The notes beneath the pieces are model-generated. The model was not told the origin of the DNA, searched no databases, and saw only the letters and a program-made list of their open reading frames with translations. A stretch of DNA of 22,967 nucleotides, taken from assembly GCF_006345805.1 (NCBI RefSeq), contig NW_021836759.1, forward strand, positions 1 through 22,967, given 5' to 3'. Made by a program: the position numbers and the translations under genes. Origin of the DNA: Octopus sinensis. Taxonomy: Eukaryota. Positions 9,605-18,990 of this stretch are shown in pieces; the stretch's first letter is position 1; each line of letters opens with the position of its first letter.

Positions 9605-10366
9605 CTAGCAGCATAGCCCGGCGTTGCCCGGGTATGTAAGAGCCCCTAGTAGGCAGCGACTAATCCCAATCTAGTCCTTTCCCTCTGGGAACGAAGGCGC
9701 ATGTGTAGGTTGCAATGTCTTCTCTTCACTCGAATACTTCTGTGTATACGATGTTCCTAGCTGTCCCTTTGGGCGAAAACCTGAAAACATCATTGCGCCT
9801 CCCAACGCGTGAACAGCCCACGTAGAGTTGACCATGGGCGAAGCACTGTTCGCCCAAATGTAACCCAGTGACTTGTAGTGTTTGGCCTTGGGTTTTATTG
9901 ATGGACATTGCGAAGCAGAGTTTAACAGGAAACTGAGAACGCCTGAAGTGGATTGGTAGGTCAGCGCCCGACGGTTGAAGGTGCATGCGTGGAATGAAGA
10001 CGTCCTCTCCCTTCCCACAACCGGTAAGTATGTGGCCTTTTAAAATGTGGTGCCAAATGTTTCACAACCAGACGTGTGCCGTTGCACTATTTATGTGGAA
10101 CTAAATTACTGATGAGCATAATGGGCGCCTACAACAGAAAATGTGTTGCATATAAAAAGCTTAGATTCTTGACCCTATGTCGAATTTATCGATTATTTTC
10201 AGAACTGGGGGAACTTTTCAAAGTTTTCACTGCGTTAGTTTTGAATTATGACATTGGGCTATGTGTGTGTCAAGTTTCATCAGAATCGGTTGAAAGCCGT
10301 GGTCAGGGTGAGGGTACAACCTGACAGACACACAGACAGACAAACAGCCATTTATATATAGAGAGA
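9605..10366 (-). mobile_element. Internally deleted Helitron with both termini
   Basis: On the minus strand: A|TCTCTCTATATATAAATGG 5' end at 10366; 3' hairpin CCCGG-GCAACG-CCGGG then CTAG|T ending at 9605; A|T target without TSD; helicase remnant inside. Confidence 0.92.
9726..10132 (-). pseudogene. Helitron RepHel PIF1-like helicase C-terminal fragment
   Basis: VGA/IMLISNLVPHK*CNGTRLVVKHL../ILTGCGKGEDVFIPRMHLQPSGADLPIHFRRSQFPVKLCFAMSINKTQGQTLQVTGLHLGEQCFAHGQLYVGCSRV..NIVYTEVFE*. One stop and frameshifts in the upstream part. Confidence 0.95.
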
Positions 10367-10606
10367 TAATTTCCCCCTAATATTATATAAGGGCTTTTTA
10401 AAATAAATTTGTAATAACTAATCTCTCATATGTATTATATCAAAATAATATCCCCTTAGTATATCACTTTAACCCTAAATTCATATTATATGTGTGTGTG
10501 TACATGTGTGTATATATATATATATATGTAAATATGAATTCACCAACATTTTGTTTTGTTTTTGTTTTATTTATATACATTTTATATATGTATGTGTATG
10601 TATGTG

Positions 10607-10647
<41 letters not shown>

Positions 10648-11007
10648 TATACATATATACTTGCCTGATTTGTTTTATTTCATCGTTTATCAATTAACCC
10701 ACCACAACTGAAGCAAAGCAATTCAAAACAATTGATGACCAATTAGATTAAGTACCTGAAAACACACACCCCCTCCCCCACTTCCCGCAAGATTTCAACT
10801 TCTGCAGAAAGCAAAAAATAACGGACAAATAAACGTATCACGTTTATAGGAAAACATATATAAGTTTGTGTATTATTGTTCTAATTATATTACATAATTA
10901 TAACGATACAAACTACTGCACTTATCCTCCCTTCTAAACACATATAATACGTATGTACCTATGAGTATGTTTGAACAGAAATATATACGTATATATATAT
11001 ATATATT

Positions 11008-11041
<34 letters not shown>

Positions 11042-11555
11042 TAACAGTTTTGATTTTTTCAGTTTCCAGGAAATTCTGTTTTAATATTTTGAAATTAAAA
11101 AAATGGACAGTCTGGACTTTGTGCTTAAATCCCATCAAAAGACCATTAAATGAATTTATTGAAAGATAATGAAAACATCAATACGTAAGAGTGAGAAACA
11201 AACAAGGAGGGTATCAAGTGGTCATGCGATATGCTAAAAATAACAGCTAAATAGCCCTTAAAAAACACAAAAACTATCTTTTCTTTTCACTTTTGCATAA
11301 CTGTATCAATTCCTGTGTTTAGAACAAATTTACAAAACTCTTCTAAAAATTCACAAAAAGGAAAAAGTTTTGAGGGGTTGTTTGGGGTGATTACATCAAA
11401 ATTGCCCCTTCTCTTTCTCTGTCTTCATATACATGTTTGCTAAAGTCTTGCTGTTGTTTCTAGCATATGAAGTGCTGCAGTTAAATGGACCTGTTGTTCA
11501 TTTGTTGATAGACAGCCATAGAATTTACAAACTACAGTTAATTTCAGTAGTTTGG

Positions 11556-13500
11556 AAGGGAAGCTAGGAGACAGGTTTATTTAGCCAGAGGGGAAGCAGA
11601 TAAGAAAAAATTTGCCAATGTTCTGAGCCGTGAGGACCAAAGACTTGCGGTATTTCGTGTTGCAAGACAGTGTGTGAGAGAGAATCATGATGTAGTAGGA
11701 GAGAAATGTGTCCGCATGGATGATGGTTCACTTGCGCTAAATAAGGATGCAAAGAGAGAGGTTTGGAGATGCCACTATGAAAGGTTGCTGAATAAAGAAA
11801 ATGAATGGGATAAAGAGAGTCTGCCGAATGTCGACCCAATAGAGGGACCAGTTATCCGAGTCGACAGTTCTTTGGTATTTAAGGCAATTAGAAGCATGAA
11901 GACAGGGAAAGCCCCAGGCCCATCAGGAATTACTGCAGAGATGCTCAAAATATCTGGCAGTGTCGGCTGTAGCCTAGTCACCTGTATAGTTAACCAGGTG
12001 ATACACGAGGGAGTCATACCCAATGACTGGTGTAGCAGCATAATAGTCAACTGCTACAAAGGTAAAGGTGACACCCTAGATACAAATAATTACAGGGGTA
12101 TCAAGCTGCTGGATCAGGTAATGAAGTTTACGGAGAGGGTCATAGCCCAACTGATTAGGGAGAGAGTCAACTTGGACGAGATGCAGTTTGGATTAGTGCC
12201 AGGGAAAAGCACCACTGATGCCATATTTCTGGTGAGACAGCTGCAGGAGAAATACCTAGCCAAAGATAAACCTCTGTACCTGGCTTTCGTTGACATGGAG
12301 AAAGCCTTTGACAGGGTCCCCCGATCCCTTATCTGGTGGTCAATGGGGAAACTAGGGATAGATGAATGGTTAATGAGAGCTGTGAAAGCCATGTACAGAG
12401 ACGCTGCTAGTAAGGTGAGGTTTGGCATCGAGTACAGTGAAGAATTCCGGGTAGAGGTTGGGGTCCACCAAGGTTCAGTCCTCAGTCCCCTCCTATTTAT
12501 CATAGTCCTCCAAGCAATAACGGAGGAATTCAAGACAGGTTTCCCTGGGGAGCTCCTCTATGCTGATGACCTTGCCCTAATCGCTGAGTCACTATCAGAA
12601 CGGAGGAGAAGTTTCAGGTGTGGAAGCAAGGATTAGAATCGAAGGGCCTTAGAGTCAACCTAGCTAAAACCAAAGTTCTAATAAGAAGGAAGATAGACAA
12701 ATCACAAACACCCTCAGGTAGATGGCCCTGCTCGATCTGTAAGAAAAGTGTAGGTAGAAACTCTATAAGATGTACCCAGTGTAAGCTATGGACACATAAG
12801 AGGTGCAGCAATGTCAAAAGAAGGCAAACTAGGAAAATAGTTTTTGTATGTGGCAGATGCTCGGGAGTAATAAACACTGAAAATACGCAGAGACCATCTT
12901 CCACTACATTCCAGGGAGAAAAACTAGAAATAGTTGATAGCTTCCGTTACCTAGGTGACCAAGTCAGCAGCAGGGGCAGGTGCGCAGAAAGTGTAACTGC
13001 TAGAGTAAGAATAGCCTGGGCAAAGTTCAGGGAGCTCTTGCCTCCGTTAGGGACAAAAGGCCTCTCGCTCAGAGTAAAAGGTAGACTGTATGACGCATGT
13101 GTACGAACAGCCATGCTACATGGTAGTGAAACATTGGCTGTGACTGCTGAGGACATGCGTAAGCTCGCAAGGAATGAAACCAGTATGATCTGATGGATAT
13201 GTAATGTCAGTGTGCATACTCGACAGAGTGTAAGTACCTTGAGAGAAATATTGGTCCTAAGAAGCAGCAGATGGGGTGTGCAAAAGACGACTGCACTGGT
13301 ATGGTCATATTGCAAGAATGGATGAGGATAGCTGTGTGAAAAAGTGCCACACCCTAGCGGTTGAGGGAACCTGTGGAAGAGGTAGACCCGGGAAAACCTG
13401 CGATGAGGTGGTGAAGCACGACCTTCGAACTTTAGGTCTCACTGAGAGACCGAGACCTATGGAAGTATGCTCTGCGTGAGAAGACCCGGCAGGCAAGTGA
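11556..13500 (+). pseudogene. Non-LTR reverse transcriptase (RTE-like) with internal PHD finger
   Basis: Motifs NYRGIKLL, QFGLVPGKST, AFVDMEKAFDRVP, GVHQGSVLSPLLF, LLYADD (12559-70), GLRVNLAKTK, FRYLG, RLHWYGH, GRGRPGKT. Lesions: 1-bp frameshift at ~12602, TGA at 13191, further indels at ~13280 and ~13447. Confidence 0.95.
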
Positions 13501-13670
13501 GGCCATAACCCATGTTCTCTACCTGGGACGTAGTCAGTCTACCTGTGAATACCTTTCCTTCTTGGGACACAAAACTCCACTTGTGAAGACCTGTTGAGGC
13601 AAGTGAAAATTAAAATCAAAATCAAAATCGTCATCTATCAACATCAATGGAATTTGTAGCTGTAATACCA

Positions 13671-13830
13671 GTGCCGGTGGCACGTAAGAGAACCATCCGA
13701 ACGTGGCCGTAGCCAGCGCCGCCCGCCTGGCCTCCGTGCTGGTGGCACGTAAAAAGCACCATCTGACCGTGGCTGTTGCCAGCTTCGTCTGGTCCCCGTG
13801 CCGGTGGCACGTAAAAAGCACCCACTAACA
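13671..13830 (+). repeat. 62-68 bp tandem units in the RTE 3' UTR
   Basis: Core gtgccggtggcacgtaa at 13671, 13736 and 13798. Confidence 0.85.
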
Positions 13831-14185
13831 CTCACGGAGTGGTTGGCATTAGGAAGGGCATCCAGCTATAGAAATACTGCCAGATCAGACTTGGCCTGGT
13901 GCAGCCTTCCGGCTTCCCAGACCGAAGTTGAACCGTCCAACCCATGCCAGCATGGAAAGCGGACGTTAAATGATGATGATGATGATGATACATATATATA
14001 TATATATATCGTTTATATATTTGTTGTGCAAGATTTTTTATGTGAAGTCATGTGTTGAAACAGATATTGTTATATTTCGGAATGGTCATTTTGCCAGTTT
14101 AGCCAATAAAAACACACGCACTATATATTTGGTGTTATTTTGCTTCAGTGATATTTATTATTTACATTAATCTTAATCTTATTTC

Positions 14186-14230
14186 GGCCAAAGTTCTTTC
14201 GTCACACTCCTGTGACCGCATCAGTGGTCC
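14186..14230 (-). ncRNA. Minimal hammerhead-like motif, variant core (copy 1)
   Basis: Reverse complement reads GGACCA-CTGATGCG-GTCACA-GGAG-TGTGAC-GAAA-GAACTT-TGGCC. Confidence 0.55.
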
Positions 14231-14610
14231 TTTGTTTTCTTCTCACTTACTTGTGTCTCTCCTTACTAACCGTCAGCCATTTTGTATTTCTATTGTATGT
14301 CTTCATTTGCGCATGCTTATATCTCTATGTGCGTCTATGTTTATTTAGTGTGTGTGTGGGGGGGATGCCTGTAAAATTTGTATCTTCTGGTTATATACAT
14401 TCTTGTAATTTGTATTTTGTTTTTGTTGTTTTTGTTTATTCTTATTTTGTTCATGTTTACAACCACTTATTATTATCATTACATATGCTTGTATGTATGT
14501 ATGTATAACAACAATACTAGCAATAATAATAAAAAAAAAACTCATATAGTTATTTATTTCTATTTGTTTATTTATCTGTGCATTTATTATGTTTTCGGGA
14601 TCCTCTACCG

Positions 14611-14917
14611 TCATATGTTGTGGTGTGTGCTAGTGTTCCATTCCAGTTTCCTATTCAGGCTAGGTTTATTTTCTATTATGTGTGTAGCTTCTGTAATTTG
14701 TCTGATTGTTGCATCTGTTCTATGTGTGGACAATACTTAAATTTCTATGTTGTTGATTGATCCCCTGTGTTCCTGTTCGGTGTGTTGGTACAGAATCGAT
14801 GAGCTTTTACCTTCCTTGAGTTCTCTCCAATGTTTGTTTACCCGCTCTCCTATGCTTCTTGCCCTTTCCCCTACGTATGTCGTTGTCTTGTTACTGCATC
14901 GTCCCTCTATACATCTT
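14611..14917 (-). pseudogene. PLE GIY-YIG endonuclease C-terminal fragment with CCHH-type residues
   Basis: IRCIEGRCSNKTTTYVGERARSIGERVNKHWRELKEGKSSSILYQHTEQEHRGSINNIEI*VLSTHRTDATIRQITEATHIIENKPSLNRKLEWNTSTHHNI*. Confidence 0.88.
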
Positions 14918-15001
14918 ATGCGCAAATGAAGACATACAATAGAAATACAAAATGGCTGATGGTTAGTAAGGAGAGACACAAATAAGTAAGAATAAAACAA
15001 A

Positions 15002-15046
15002 GGACCACTGATGCGGTCACAGGAGTGTGACGAAAGAACTCTGGCC
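15002..15046 (+). ncRNA. Minimal hammerhead-like motif, variant core (copy 2)
   Basis: GGACCA-CTGATGCG-GTCACA-GGAG-TGTGAC-GAAA-GAACTC-TGGCC. Confidence 0.6.
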
Positions 15047-15221
15047 GAATAAGATTAAGATTAATGTAAAAAATAAATAACACTGAAGCAAAGTAACACC
15101 AAATATATAGTGCGTGTGTTTTTATTGGCTAAACTGGCAAAATGACCATTCCGAAATATAACAATATCTGTTTCAACACACGACTTCACATAAAAAATCT
15201 TGCACAACAAATATATAAACG

Positions 15222-15266
15222 TACTATTATATATATGTATTATATGTATTATATATATATATACAG

Positions 15267-15305
<39 letters not shown>

Positions 15306-15350
15306 ATATATATGTATTATATGTATTATATATATATATGTTATATGTAA

Positions 15351-15414
<64 letters not shown>

Positions 15415-15474
15415 ATGTATTATATATAATATATATATATATAATATATATATATATGTATTATATATATATAT

Positions 15475-15511
<37 letters not shown>

Positions 15512-15585
15512 TATATATATATATATATATTATATTATATATATATTATATATATATATATATGTATATATGTAAGTATATATAA

Positions 15586-15630
<45 letters not shown>

Positions 15631-15735
15631 TATATATATATATATATATTATATTATATATATATATAATATATATTATATATGTATATATGTAAGTATA
15701 TATATATATATATACACACACACATACACACACAT
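15222..15735. repeat. Long (TA)n array with ~120-bp higher-order periodicity
   Basis: Marker cacag at 15506 and 15625; marker gtaagta at 15347, 15572 and 15692. Confidence 0.85.
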
Positions 15736-15789
15736 ACAAGAAAAATTGATAGAAACAACTGCTAGGGCAAACAAAAATATGAGACAGAG

Positions 15790-15995
15790 CCTAGTGCTTT
15801 TTTATGTTGATATGCCTGGTACTTATTCTATTAGTTTCTTCAAGTGAAACCAGTAAGTTATGGAGATGTAAATAAACAAACAGCAGTTGTGATGCAGTGA
15901 TGAGGACGAAAAACAGAGACAAAGACACACACCTATTTACATATATACATACATAAATATACGATTGATTTCTTTCAGTTTCTGTCTACGAAATC
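15790..15995 (-). mobile_element. SINE internal/3' fragment, diverged
   Basis: ggtacttattctatt.., gtaagttatggagatgtaaat.., ctttcagtttctgtctacgaaatc are shared with the SINE family at 21823. Confidence 0.65.
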
Positions 15996-16091
15996 TTTCT
16001 CTCTCTATATATATATATGTATATATATGTATACACACACACACACACACAAAGATAAATTGATAGATACAACTGAGTGGGCAAGCAAAAT

Positions 16092-16855
16092 CATCATCAT
16101 CATCATCATCATCATTTAATGTCCTCTTTCCATGCTAGCATGGGTTGGATGATTTGACTGAGGGCTGGTGAACCAGATGGCTGCACCAGGCTCCAATCTT
16201 GATCTGGCAGAGTTTCTACAGCTGGATGCCCTTCCTAACGACAACCACTCCGAGTGTGTAGTGTGTGCTTTTACATGCCAATCGGCATGGGGGCCAGTCA
16301 GGCGGTACTGGTAACGACCTTGCACAAATCTTTATACACATGCCAATGGCACAGGTGCCAGTAAGGCGATGCTGTTGATGATCACAATCGAATGGTGCCT
16401 TTTACATGCCACTGGCATGGAAGCCGGTTAGCTGCTCTGTCAACGATCACACTCGGATGGTGCTCTTTCCACCTCGGTAGCACGGATGCCTGACATCGAA
16501 TTTGATTTTGATTTCACAAGCAGAGTTTAGTGACCAAAGAAGGAAAAGTTACGCATAAGTGGGCTGGTTACGCCCCTGGCATAGGCCACGAGGTTATGGT
16601 CTCATTTGGCTTGCCAGGTCTTCTCAAACACAGCATATTTCCAAAAGTCTTGGTCACTAGTCATTGCCTCGGTGACGCCTAAAGTTTGAAGGTCGTCCTT
16701 CACCACTTTATCCCAGGTCATCTTGGGTCTACCTCTTCCACAGATTCACTCAACTGCTAGGGTGTGGCACTTTTTCACACAGCTGTCCTCATCTACTCTC
16801 ACCACATGACCATACCAGTGCAGTCGTCTCTCTTCCACACCACATCTGATGCTTC
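16092..16855 (-). mobile_element. RTE LINE 3' fragment
   Basis: SIRCGVEERRLHWYGHVVRVDEDSCVKKCHTLAVE*ICGRGRPKMTWDKVVKDDLQTLGVTEAMTSDQDFWKYAVFEKTWQAK*, then the UTR units and a (CAT)n tail. Confidence 0.9.
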
Positions 16856-16891
16856 TATATATATATATATATATATATATTTACGTTTCAG

Positions 16892-16930
16892 GGGAACATG
16901 AATTACTATCATTGCTAGAAAGAGCTGCAG
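16892..16930 (+). other. Candidate 39-nt symmetric exon
   Basis: tttcag|GGGAACAT...GCTGCAG|gtaagc; open in one frame only (EHELLSLLERAA). Confidence 0.2.
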
Positions 16931-17253
16931 GTAAGCTTTCGTCGCTCTGCAGAGCTTCACTGAATGTTTACAGGTAGAAATGCGTGTGGATGGTGAATAC
17001 AGAAAAATGTTATCGTATGGAGATCGTTAGAGGAATAAGGATGACTCATTAGTGCAGCTTTAAACTCTAATTATTCACTTCAGTCATTATTTTGAGGATA
17101 TGTTTTGTTTCCCAGAAAATAATTACTACCTCATATTATATTTTGTATTTATTTAGATATAATTTTTTGCTCTTTTATTCTTTTAGTTGACTCAGTCATC
17201 AGACTACGGCGTGCTGGGGTAATGAGGTATAATAGGTTGGGAACTGTCCTCTG

Positions 17254-17303
17254 CATTTTTCACATGACCTCATTTTTCACATGACCTCATTTTTCACATG
17301 ACC
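17254..17303 (+). repeat. 3 x 17-bp tandem repeat
   Basis: catttttcacatgacct at 17254, 17271 and 17288. Confidence 0.95.
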
Positions 17304-17411
17304 ACGGTCTTTTCAATATTTTAAATAAATATTTCTTTTACATTCTAATATTTTATTTGCGGATTACTTTAACCTTAAACGTTAAATTTGTATCGATTTT
17401 AATCTTTTAAA

Positions 17412-18065
17412 ATGAGTTTAGATCAGACTTCGTTTATTAGACGCTTCATGTTGTACGAATAGAAAAGGGGTCCCTTAGCAATGGAAGCAGCAAGAAATAT
17501 TTGTTGTTCTGTCCATGGAAACAATCTGTCAGTTGCCTGGACATTCCAGCTATGGTTTGACCAGTTTTTCGCCCAGAAAGATTTCTCCTAAAGATTTCCC
17601 TTGATCTAGCTGATCGAATTCTATCAATATCGAACAAACAGAGCCGAGCAAAATTCAAAGCAAACCTCAAAAGATTAAGCAAGGCAGTTCAACTTTAGTC
17701 CTAGTTCGATCATAAAACACCTTCATGAACTGGGAAAAGTGTTTGAATTCAGAGCGTGGGTCCCTCATCATGTGACTGTTTCTCAGCTTCATTGAAGAGT
17801 AGACTTGTTATCAAAACTTTCTTTGGTAGAATCATTGCAACTGTTGAAAAGCGGGTCCTCTGTCATCATTTCCAACAAGAACGACAAGGCATAGCATCCG
17901 ATAAATATAGACAATCCATTCCCAAGGTGGTGTCTCGGACTAAAAAAGAGTTGTGCTTTGTGTTTGATGGAATGTTGAAGGTATTTTCTATCATGAAGGG
18001 GTCGACAATTGCCAAAACAGATGAGATTATTTTATCAATAATGGGAAGAAATATTTTATTGATAA
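17412..18065 (+). pseudogene. Mariner transposase remnant
   Basis: MSLDQTSFIRRFMLYE*KRG..EAARNIC..WFDQF..DFS; KHLHELGK..WVPHHVT; FFGRIIATVEKRVL; SIPK..KKELC; then a jump to R*DYFINNGKKYFID. The catalytic D34D segment is missing. Confidence 0.85.
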
Positions 18066-18514
18066 ATGTATCAATTAAGAATAAAGAGTATTTGTGTGTT
18101 TCCCATCTTGAAATGCACCAGCAGCACTTCTTTCTAGCTTCATGTTTGTGTATAGGGGGGTATATATGTGTGTGTGTGTACGTATGTATCTACTTGTTTA
18201 TATGAGTGTATGTATGTGTGCATATATGTATTGTGTGTATACGTGTATGTATACATTTATTTGTGTGTATGAGTGTATATGAATGTATGTATCTATTTGT
18301 TTTAATGTACGTATATATATTTGTATATGTGTATATATATTTATGTGTGTGTATGTGGGTGCATATATGTACATGTGTATTTTTGGCTCTCAAACGTTCT
18401 GTATTTCGGAATGGTCATATTGCCAGTTTAGCCAATAAAAACACACGCACTATATATTTGGTGTTACTTTGCTTCAGTGTTATTTATTTTTTACATTAAT
18501 CTTAATCTTATTTC

Positions 18515-18559
18515 GGCCAGAGTTCTTTCGTCACACTCCTGTGACCGCATCAGTGGTCC
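18515..18559 (-). ncRNA. Minimal hammerhead-like motif, variant core (copy 3)
   Basis: Same sequence as 15002-15046, on the minus strand. Confidence 0.6.
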
Positions 18560-18830
18560 TTTGTTTTATTCTTTCTTATTTGTGTCTCTCCTTACTAACC
18601 GTCAGCCATTTTGTATTTCTATTGTATGTCTTCATTTGCGCATGCTTATATCTCTATGTGTGTCTATGTTTATTTAGTGTGTGTGTGGGGGGATGCCTGT
18701 AATATTTGTATCTTCTGTTTATATATGTTCACCATTATCATTACATATGCTTGTATGTATGTATAACAACAATACTGGTAACAATAAAATAAATCGAATC
18801 GAAACAAAATAATATATATATATATATATA

Positions 18831-18874
<44 letters not shown>

Positions 18875-18990
18875 GTTATTTATTTCTATTTGTTTATTTA
18901 TCTGTGTATTTATTATGTTTTCAGGATCCTCTATCGTCATAAATAACTATATATATATATATAATATATATATTATATATATATATATAT

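Larger units (their letters stand above)
9539..10455 (+). repeat. ~77-bp host tandem repeat split by the Helitron
   Basis: 9539-9604 (aatatcgtacaaaggttttttttaataaatttgtaataatttacctctcttatatattatattaaa) resembles 10379-10444 (aatattatataagggctttttaaaataaatttgtaataactaatctctcatatgtattatatcaaa). Confidence 0.75.
11556..13989 (+). mobile_element. 5'-truncated RTE-type LINE with long repetitive 3' UTR and (GAT)n tail
   Basis: RT ORF remnant 11556-13500, 3' UTR tandem units, tail gatgatgatgat ending at 13989; no endonuclease domain present. Confidence 0.93.
14010..15221 (-). mobile_element. Penelope-like element (family 2): GIY-YIG remnant between ~305-bp inverted pseudo-LTRs
   Basis: 14010-14314 is the reverse complement of 14918-15221; an endonuclease remnant lies between them. 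Confidence 0.9.
17232..18110 (+). mobile_element. Internally deleted mariner DNA transposon
   Basis: 5' TIR-like TA|ATAGGTTGGGAACTGTCCTCTGCATTTTT; decayed transposase; weak 3' TIR match (ttcccatctt) near 18100. Confidence 0.75.

Noticed and set aside
10109-10145. CTGATGA occurrences at 10109 and 12563 as hammerhead cores
   Set aside because: No stem II closing onto GAAA and no stem I; both lie within helicase or RT coding sequence (the latter is the YADD codons).
11564-13315. Minus-strand ORFs overlapping the RT (11564-11839, 11775-12050, 12114-12533, 12614-12904, 12947-13315)
   Set aside because: Antisense shadows of the RT frame, with no independent motifs.
13671-13830. CRISPR-like repeat/spacer appearance of the ~65-bp units (also at 21070-21300 and 22460-22680)
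   Set aside because: The inter-core segments are homologous to each other, the context is eukaryotic, and the units are part of the RTE 3' UTR.
11540-14010. Target-site duplication for the long RTE copy
   Set aside because: The 5' flank (cagtagtttggaa) is not repeated after the (GAT)n tail, so no TSD can be claimed.
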